From the NCBI GenBank assembly GCA_900539775.1, contig UQDL01000001.1, forward strand, positions 170,569-234,568: DNA of 64,000 bases, read 5' to 3'. This stretch comes from an uncultured Anaerotruncus sp. Lineage in GTDB: Bacteria > Bacillota > Clostridia > Oscillospirales > Acutalibacteraceae. The notes beneath the pieces are model-generated. The model saw only the letters and a list, made by a program, of their open reading frames with translations. It was not told where the DNA came from and made no database searches. Below, piece after piece: positions 57,563 through 64,000 of the stretch (positions are counted from its first letter, which is position 1; the number at the start of each line of letters is the position of its first letter). The translations under genes were made by a program, and so were the position numbers.

Positions 57563-58986
57563 AAACAGGAAAAAAACTGCTCACAGGTATGCTTTTGGTG
57601 CTTTTCATCGTTTTTGTCGCAGGATGCGGCAAAGCGGAAAAAACCGACGCCGCTGCACTGCCGGAGGTGCGGAACAACGGCACGGCGATCCAATGGAGAT
57701 ACCCCGCTGAAGAAGAATGGCGCGACCTTGTGGCGCTTACCGAGCTGCGAGGTGCTGCCGGAGAAAACGGCAAGGACGGAACAGACGGAAAGAACGGTGT
57801 CGACGGTAAAGACGGCATTAACGGCATTGACGGAAAGAACGGTATTGACGGCATTAACGCCAAAAACATAGAGGTGCAGCGAGCCGAATCCTACATACAG
57901 TGGCGTTACGAGGGCGACGAGTGGCAAAATCTTGTTGCGATAGCCGATATAGAGGGCCCCGCCGGACAGAACGGAACGGACGGTGCAAACGGAAAAACTC
58001 CGGAATTTCGCGTAAGCGAAAATATCCTGCAATGGCGTTATGTCGACGATGAAATATGGCTGAACCTTTACGACCTTTCGGTTTTGAAAGGTCTTGACGG
58101 CAAGGACGGAGCCGACGGTATAAACGGTAAAGACGGAGCCGACGGTAAGGACGGAACAAACGGACAAAACGGCTCTGACGGCAAAGACGGTAAAACACCT
58201 TTTATCGGCGAAAACGGCAACTGGTGGATCGGAGAAATCGACACCGGCATCAAGGCGGCAGGTACCGACGGAAAAGACGGTATAAACGGAATTAACGGTA
58301 CAAATGGTAAGGAAATTGAAATCCAAAAGACCGATTTGTATATTCAATGGCGTTACAAGGGCAGCGAGTGGCAAAACCTTGTGGCTCTTGCAGATATTTT
58401 AGGTCCCTCCGGACAAAACGGCATAAACGGCGAAGACGGTAGAACTCCCGAATTTCGGGTAAATGGCAATCAGCTGCAATGGCGATACGAAGGCGAGACC
58501 ATTTGGCTGAATCTGTATGATTTATCCGCATTGAAAGGTGCAGACGGCAAGGACGGATCATGCGCCGGATATTTTGCAGCAAACGGCAGAGTATACAGTT
58601 GGGGAACACCGCTTCCGTTCAATGTAAAAAAAGAAAGCGGAGATTTGATCTCCTATAACTCATCAAGCAAAACAATCACCCTTTCAAAAGGTCACACATA
58701 CAGTATGGTGTTCAGCGGAACGGTTATGATCAGCGCTAACGGTAATTATAAGTTGTGCGGTGCATCACTCATTGACGGATATAACAGTTCTGAAATGATG
58801 CTTGAGACGCGAACCTATGTGAGTATGATAGATGACGGTCAAAGTGCAAGACTTGGTATGTCGTATAACACTATATACAGTGCCGAAGAGGATATTGCTT
58901 TGACATTTCAATATACAAATATGCTCTTCCAGAATACCAATTTTACCGACAGTCAGTACAACATAACCATTATTGCTCTTGACTGA
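57559..58986 (+). CDS. collagen-like (G-x-y) repeat lipoprotein with five QWRY...W.NL interspersed modules and a C-terminal globular domain
   Basis: GGAGGAAAG RBS. Lipobox FVAGC. G-x-y tracts (GENGKDGTDGKNGVDGKDGINGIDGKNGIDG...) alternate with IQWRYxxxEWQNLVAL / LQWRYxxxIWLNLYDLSxLKG. High GC3. Confidence 0.7.
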   Translation: MKTGKKLLTGMLLVLFIVFVAGCGKAEKTDAAALPEVRNNGTAIQWRYPAEEEWRDLVALTELRGAAGENGKDGTDGKNGVDGKDGINGIDGKNGIDGINAKNIEVQRAESYIQWRYEGDEWQNLVAIADIEGPAGQNGTDGANGKTPEFRVSENILQWRYVDDEIWLNLYDLSVLKGLDGKDGADGINGKDGADGKDGTNGQNGSDGKDGKTPFIGENGNWWIGEIDTGIKAAGTDGKDGINGINGTNGKEIEIQKTDLYIQWRYKGSEWQNLVALADILGPSGQNGINGEDGRTPEFRVNGNQLQWRYEGETIWLNLYDLSALKGADGKDGSCAGYFAANGRVYSWGTPLPFNVKKESGDLISYNSSSKTITLSKGHTYSMVFSGTVMISANGNYKLCGASLIDGYNSSEMMLETRTYVSMIDDGQSARLGMSYNTIYSAEEDIALTFQYTNMLFQNTNFTDSQYNITIIALD

Positions 58987-59017
58987 GCCGACGTACACGA
59001 AAACGGAGGTAATGCAA

Positions 59018-62000
59018 ATGAAGAAACGAATACTCAGCATCCTGCTCGTTCTTTGTATGATGCTTTGCCTTGTGCCTACAAGCGTATTTGCCGAAAGCGA
59101 AACTAACAAGAAAGTTGAAACGGAACAGGAGCTTGTTGATGCGCTGTCTGACAGCAGCACAGACATCATCACACTGAAGAATGACATTGCAATCAGCACC
59201 ACCCTGACCGTTGACCGCGCTGTCACGCTGGATGTTTACGGCTATATGCTTGAAATAACCGGCAGCGGCAGCGTTATAAACATCAAAAGCGGCGGCCACC
59301 TTACGCTGAAGGACAGCGACCCCACAGCGGAGCACAGGTTCGTCTCCGACAACGGCCTATGGAAGCTGGATGAAATCAGCGGCACAGAGACCGTCCTCGG
59401 CGGCGTCATCTACGGCGGCACAGGTACAAAAATGTACTATTCTACTTACGGCGGCGGTGTGCTGATTGAACCCGGCGGCGCGTTCACCATGAACGGCGGC
59501 AGTATCGTGGGCTGTAAGGCCGACGGCGCAGGCGGCGGTGTGGTGGTTCAATGCGGTGATGCAAACGGCATATTCACCATGAATAGCGGCGCCATCATCG
59601 GCTGCGTCGCGGAAAGCGGCGGCGGTGTGGAAACAGACGGCGGCGGAGTAGGGGAATACGGCCAATTCATCATGAACGGCGGCGTGATCGACAACTGCGT
59701 GGCCAACGGTAGAACCGGTGGTGGCGGCGTCCGAAACGATGGCCTGTTTATCATGGGGAAGGATGCCACAATCAAAAACTGCAAAGCCGTCGAAAACGGT
59801 CAACGCAATATTGGCAGCGGCATAGTCCTCGCCGGTGATGAACGGCAAACCATCGGTGGCACGATCATTTCAGAGGATGTCGTGGATGAGAAGTACATTT
59901 TTATGAACCGCAGCACAATGGCCATCGGTGAAAACGCCAACATTCACGCGAATATAACGTTGGATGGCGGCAAAATCGACTTGGATGGCAGCCGTGCGAC
60001 CGTCTATGGCAAGATCACCAACGATAGCTACGGCGGTGTCAGTTGCTTTGCCGACGGTCTTGTCACCGTGACCTACAAGGTCAGCGGTGAAGACTACGCC
60101 GTTCAGGTTCTGCGGAGCGGCAGTCTCGCCACCCGACCCATCGAACCCACCAAGACGGGCTATGAATTCGACGGCTGGTTCACCTCCGACGGCACGAAGT
60201 GGGACTACAATACGGCTGTGACGGAGAATATCACCCTCACGGGAAGCCTGTATATCCCCGTAACGAGTGAGACAGAACTGAGAGCCGCTCTGGCGGACGA
60301 TACGGCGGATGTCATCCGGCTGACGAAGGATATCGACATCAGCAGCTCCCTGACCATCCTCCGCAAGGTCACCCTCGATCTCAACGGCTATGTGCTGCGG
60401 TATGCTGACACGACTGCCAATGGTAGTGTGTTTAAAATTGTAAGCGGCGGCGACCTGACCGTCATCGACAGCAGACCCGACGCGGAGCATAGGTTCAACA
60501 GCGACAATATTCTGTGGGCACCGGATGAGCAAAACGGCAAAGAGATTGTCATGGGCGGCGTCATCACCGGCGGTACGGGCACGCCTTGTTATGTGAACGG
60601 TTCATCATACTTTGTTGCATGCGGTGGCGGTGTGTACCTGGAAGGCGACGCCAGATTCACCATGGACGGCGGCAATATTGTCGGTTGTATAGCAAATACC
60701 GGCGGCGGTGTGCACATCTCCGAAAACGGTTCATTCACCATGAACGACGGCAGCATCATGGGCTGCTCATCATGGGACCTTTCGATCCCCGGCGGCACGC
60801 CATACTTCGGCGGCGTGTACCTTGACAGCGGTACATTCACTATGACCGGCGGTGTAATCAAAGACTGTGCTAAATATAGTGTTGTGCTTAATGAAAATGC
60901 CACTATGAATGCCAACGGCGGCGAGATATACGGTGTGGTTGAAGTCGGAAAGAATTCGTATGTAACCGGTCTCAACGGTATTGCCGGTGTCACCGTTTTC
61001 AGAGACAATTTTTGGATTTATCATAACTCCGCACGTGTTGACTGGGGCATTTTCTACGGCAGTATAACCAATTATTACGACGACCCGATTATCGGTCTCA
61101 CCGTGACTTATATGAACGGCGAAACAATATATGCCAGACAGATCTTGCCCTCCGGCACTCTCGCGACGCGTCCGGACGCTCCTACCACCACACCGGGCTA
61201 CACCTTCGGCGGCTGGAACAAGGTCGACGGCACGGCGTGGAATTATGCAAGTGATAAAGTCACCGATAACATAACATTGTATGCAAAATGGACAGCGAAT
61301 ACCTACACAATAACCTTTGATACCGCAGGCGGCAGCGAAATCGCACCCATTACACAGGACTACGGTACGGCAATTACCGCACCTGCCGACCCGACAAGAG
61401 AGGGGTACACCTTTATCGGCTGGGACAGGGAATTTCCCGAAACCATGCCTGCCGAGAATATAACGCTTAAGGCACGGTGGAAAGACATCGAAAAGCCCAC
61501 GGGCGAAATTATCATAGGCACAAATAAATGGCAAAGCTTTTTAAACAAGCTCACTTTCGGCTTATTCTTTAAGAATACGCAGGAGGTAACGATAAACGCC
61601 ACCGACAACAGTTCAACCGTGTTTATCTCTTATTTGGTAACAGATCAGGATCTCTCCGAGGCGGAGCTTGGCTCCCTTGTGTACCAAGCATATGATGAGC
61701 CGTTTTGCATAGATCCCAACGGAGAACATATTATTTATGCAATGCTTGTTGATGAGAGCCTTAACATAACATATCTTCGTTCAGACCGCATAACACTTGA
61801 TAACATTCAGCCCGTAATCGGCGGCATAGAGGACGGCAAGCTCTATTGTGCAGCGCAAACGGTCTCCATTGACGAAAAGTATGTGAATACCGTTACCGTA
61901 AACGGCACGGCAGTTGAGCTTGACGAAAACAACAGCTTCAGCCTTGATCCGGCAGACGGCGAACAGCAAATTGTTGTCACCGATAAGGCCGGCAACACCG

Positions 62001-62488
62001 CCGAGATGACCGTAACGGTCAACGACGGGCATACCTATGGTGAATGGGTTTCAAACGGCAACGGCACGCACACACGCAAATGCACGGTGGACGGCTGCAA
62101 CGGTTTTGAAACCAAAGACTGCACCGGCGGAAATGCAACATGCACCGAAAAAGCAATTTGCGAGCTCTGCGGCAAGGCTTACGGCGAGTTTAACGCAAGC
62201 AACCACACCGACCTTAGGCACACGGAAGCAAAAGCGGCAACCGAGAGTGCCGAGGGCAATATAGAATATTGGCACTGCAACGGCTGCGGCAATTATTACA
62301 GCGATGCGGCAGGAACAAAGAAAATCAAACAAGCCGACACCGTAACGGCAAGGCTTAAGGGCAATTCCAAATCTCCGCAAACCGGCCACACAGGCAACCT
62401 TGCCTTATTGGCGGCGCTGATGTTTACCGGCAGCGGTGCGGCGCTCGGCTTAACTGCTGCGGGCAAAAAGAAAAAGCGCAGCAAATAA
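59018..62488 (+). CDS. 1.15-kaa surface protein: duplicated Pmp-like parallel beta-helix repeat modules, Flg_new (Listeria-Bacteroides) repeats, Cys-rich segment, C-terminal SPQTG sorting signal
   Basis: GGAGG RBS. Signal peptide MKKRILSILLVLCMMLCLVPTSVFA. Repeats GGGV...FTMNGG (GGA[ILV]/FxxN-like). Two homologous ~400-aa modules (ETEQELVDALSDSSTDIITLKNDI... versus TSETELRAALADDTADVIRLTKDI...). GYEFDGW, GYTFGGW, GYTFIGW. C-terminus KSPQTGHTGN-LALLAALMFTGSGAALGLTAAG-KKKKRSK. High GC3. Confidence 0.75.
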   Translation: MKKRILSILLVLCMMLCLVPTSVFAESETNKKVETEQELVDALSDSSTDIITLKNDIAISTTLTVDRAVTLDVYGYMLEITGSGSVINIKSGGHLTLKDSDPTAEHRFVSDNGLWKLDEISGTETVLGGVIYGGTGTKMYYSTYGGGVLIEPGGAFTMNGGSIVGCKADGAGGGVVVQCGDANGIFTMNSGAIIGCVAESGGGVETDGGGVGEYGQFIMNGGVIDNCVANGRTGGGGVRNDGLFIMGKDATIKNCKAVENGQRNIGSGIVLAGDERQTIGGTIISEDVVDEKYIFMNRSTMAIGENANIHANITLDGGKIDLDGSRATVYGKITNDSYGGVSCFADGLVTVTYKVSGEDYAVQVLRSGSLATRPIEPTKTGYEFDGWFTSDGTKWDYNTAVTENITLTGSLYIPVTSETELRAALADDTADVIRLTKDIDISSSLTILRKVTLDLNGYVLRYADTTANGSVFKIVSGGDLTVIDSRPDAEHRFNSDNILWAPDEQNGKEIVMGGVITGGTGTPCYVNGSSYFVACGGGVYLEGDARFTMDGGNIVGCIANTGGGVHISENGSFTMNDGSIMGCSSWDLSIPGGTPYFGGVYLDSGTFTMTGGVIKDCAKYSVVLNENATMNANGGEIYGVVEVGKNSYVTGLNGIAGVTVFRDNFWIYHNSARVDWGIFYGSITNYYDDPIIGLTVTYMNGETIYARQILPSGTLATRPDAPTTTPGYTFGGWNKVDGTAWNYASDKVTDNITLYAKWTANTYTITFDTAGGSEIAPITQDYGTAITAPADPTREGYTFIGWDREFPETMPAENITLKARWKDIEKPTGEIIIGTNKWQSFLNKLTFGLFFKNTQEVTINATDNSSTVFISYLVTDQDLSEAELGSLVYQAYDEPFCIDPNGEHIIYAMLVDESLNITYLRSDRITLDNIQPVIGGIEDGKLYCAAQTVSIDEKYVNTVTVNGTAVELDENNSFSLDPADGEQQIVVTDKAGNTAEMTVTVNDGHTYGEWVSNGNGTHTRKCTVDGCNGFETKDCTGGNATCTEKAICELCGKAYGEFNASNHTDLRHTEAKAATESAEGNIEYWHCNGCGNYYSDAAGTKKIKQADTVTARLKGNSKSPQTGHTGNLALLAALMFTGSGAALGLTAAGKKKKRSK

Positions 62489-62570
62489 TCAACACATAAA
62501 AACAAAAGTGAGCCCCATAAAACAGTGGCTCACTCATAAGAAATAATTGCTCAATAAATCAAACAACGGC

Positions 62571-62616
62571 AAAAAGCGGCTTGTCCTTAGTTTAGGCAAG
62601 CCGCTTTTAATTTTTT
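62571..62616. terminator. bidirectional terminator (aaagcggcttg / caagccgcttt plus T-run)
   Basis: 11-bp stem between convergent genes. Confidence 0.7.
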
Positions 62617-63289
62617 ACTTTTTACTTTTTCTTGCAGAAACGGGAAAATCGTTTTTAACATATGTTTCCCACACATTCATTCTGTCGTCCTCATCAATTT
62701 CACGAATAACCCTTGCCGGCACACCTGCCGCAATGCTGTTTGGCGGAATGTCTCTGTTTACAACCGCACCTGCTGCAACAATGCTGTTTTCGCCGATGGT
62801 TACTCCGCCGCAAATCGTGGCGCTTGAGCATATCCAGCAATTATCCTTAATTGTTATCGGCAAGGCATATTCAAGATCATGTTTACCGTCCGGATAATCG
62901 GCAGGCAATCGTTCCTCTGCAATGAAAGGATGATTAGGCGTTGCAAGAGTTACATTTGCACCTATCCAAACACCGTTTCCGAAAGTGATCGGCGCAACAT
63001 CAAGAAAGGTGCAGTTATAATTTGCAAAGCAGCCTTTGCCAACATGAATATTAACGCCGTATTCGCAATAAAACGGAGCAAACACGCAAAAATCCTTGCC
63101 CTTTGCAGACGGAATCAGCCTTTCAAGAGCACGCTGCTTTGTTTTAAACCTCCACACGGCAATTTTATTAAATCTGTTGCACCTTACAAGCCCAAGTGCA
63201 TGCTGCTTAAAAATATCCTTGCTTTCTGAATTATAAAGCTTGCCCGAAATCATTCTGTCCCAATCACTGAGATTATTATACACTGCCAT
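62615..63289 (-). CDS. maltose/galactoside O-acetyltransferase family (left-handed beta-helix hexapeptide repeat)
   Basis: MAVYNNLSDWDRMISGKLYNSESKD (MAA/LacA N-terminal pattern), hexapeptide repeats IGANVTLATPNHP...ICGGVTIGENSIVAAGAVV. The start is uncertain; the ORF track extends to 63355. Confidence 0.7.
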   Translation of the reverse strand: MAVYNNLSDWDRMISGKLYNSESKDIFKQHALGLVRCNRFNKIAVWRFKTKQRALERLIPSAKGKDFCVFAPFYCEYGVNIHVGKGCFANYNCTFLDVAPITFGNGVWIGANVTLATPNHPFIAEERLPADYPDGKHDLEYALPITIKDNCWICSSATICGGVTIGENSIVAAGAVVNRDIPPNSIAAGVPARVIREIDEDDRMNVWETYVKNDFPVSARKSKK

Positions 63290-63694
63290 TTCCTCCGCTT
63301 TGATTATGATGCCCTGCATGCCGGCGTTTTGCGGCATGCCGTGCGCCCGTTTCAACCGAATGAGCTCAAATTCAATATATATTATACATTAAAAGCGCCG
63401 CAACTGCAATCTTTGTTTGCCGGCGGAGAGGTGCCATACAAAAATCTTGAAATTGGGCAAGCCGTTTGATATAATATAGAAAGCGTTTGGCGTTATATTC
63501 ATAAAACAACGTTTTTTTAATAAATTCTGCGCTTTTTGAGCTTTTTCAAAAGTGCAAATTTAAGGCAGAAAATCCGTTTCTTTTTTAACGCTTTTCGGCC
63601 GCACCGCAAATCAGGGGCGGCATCAATTTAAATCAACGCCGCCGCATAAAACGGGCAGCGTTGCACAGATTATATAAAGGCAGGAGGGAACACG

Positions 63695-64000
63695 ATGCTG
63701 GAGCTTAAAAACATTTGCTTTTCCGTAAGCGATGAAGCGCAGGGCGGCACAAAGGAAATATTAAACAACATCAATTTAAGCGTTGATAAAAACAGCTTCG
63801 TTGTTATAACCGGGCCGAACGGCGGCGGCAAATCCACTTTGGCAAAAATCATTATGGGGATTGAGCACCCAACGGCCGGCAAAATAATATATAACGGGCA
63901 AGATATTACAAATTTAGATATTAACGAAAGGGCAAATCTGGGAATCGGCTTTGCTTTTCAGCAGCCGGTGCGCTTTAAAGGGCTTACCGTGCGTGATTTG
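63695..64000 (+). CDS. ABC-type ATPase, SufC-like, N-terminal fragment running off the window end
   Basis: AGGAGGG RBS. MLELKNICFSVSDE...VITGPNGGGKSTLAKIIMG...ERANLGIGFAFQQPV resembles the SufC N-terminus. Confidence 0.6.
   Translation, partial: MLELKNICFSVSDEAQGGTKEILNNINLSVDKNSFVVITGPNGGGKSTLAKIIMGIEHPTAGKIIYNGQDITNLDINERANLGIGFAFQQPVRFKGLTVRDL

Noticed and set aside
57460-58374. 304-aa minus-strand ORF (and 57522-57869, 58068-58253, 58292-58609, 58765-59226)
   Set aside because: They are antisense shadows of the collagen-like repeat gene. The G-x-y coding periodicity creates long stop-free antisense frames.
59357-61534. Several 140-250-aa minus-strand ORFs (59357-59848, 59870-60532, 60589-61008, 60770-61534)
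   Set aside because: The high-GC beta-helix gene produces long stop-free antisense frames. None has an RBS and all overlap a gene with strong internal repeat evidence.
1-64000. CRISPR arrays, rRNA, transposase/integrase, prophage structural genes
   Set aside because: I looked for regularly spaced direct repeats and for hallmark protein motifs. None was found. The only mobile-element trace is the tRNA-Arg 3'-end duplication, reported above.

Overview
This is a 64-kb chromosomal window from a low-to-moderate-GC Firmicute (Clostridia). RBS usage is GGAGG-type, and cohesin/dockerin modules plus a sortase (S/P)PxTG-type signal point to a Ruminococcus-like, cellulosome-producing gut anaerobe. The left third is ordinary core genome. 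It carries a 3' fragment of malQ, pcrA, oadG-oadB Na+-decarboxylase membrane subunits, a GntR-ABC module, a galactoside GPH symporter with galK and dagK, and a complete tyrA-aroB-aroA-aroC-pheA operon, all well terminated. The middle, about 26.3-44.5 kb, is the striking part. A divergent pair of transcription units encodes very large secreted proteins with no recognisable catalytic domain. The minus-strand 4-gene operon runs in this order: a 2020-aa dockerin protein, a 381-aa cohesin+dockerin adaptor with the same C-terminal module, an 880-aa Cys-rich/Flg_new-repeat protein, and a 33-aa acidic peptide. Opposite it, on the plus strand, sits a single 2443-aa gene with internal tandem duplications. 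This looks like an uncharacterised non-enzymatic cellulosome-linked surface assembly. The right third contains an XRE regulator/zinc-ribbon membrane gene pair with a perfect palindromic operator inside a consensus promoter. Next come two adjacent transcription units, an M20 peptidase and a pair of membrane proteins, each preceded by the same ~130-nt promoter+leader element. Then a tRNA-Arg(CCT) gene is followed 5.3 kb later by two partial direct copies of its 3' end, an integration footprint that flanks a low-GC GPH symporter/carboxylesterase/GH31 cassette. Last is a high-GC3 island, TetR - collagen-like lipoprotein - 1.2-kaa Pmp-like beta-helix protein with an SPQTG sorting signal. No CRISPR array, rRNA, or intact integrase/transposase is visible.
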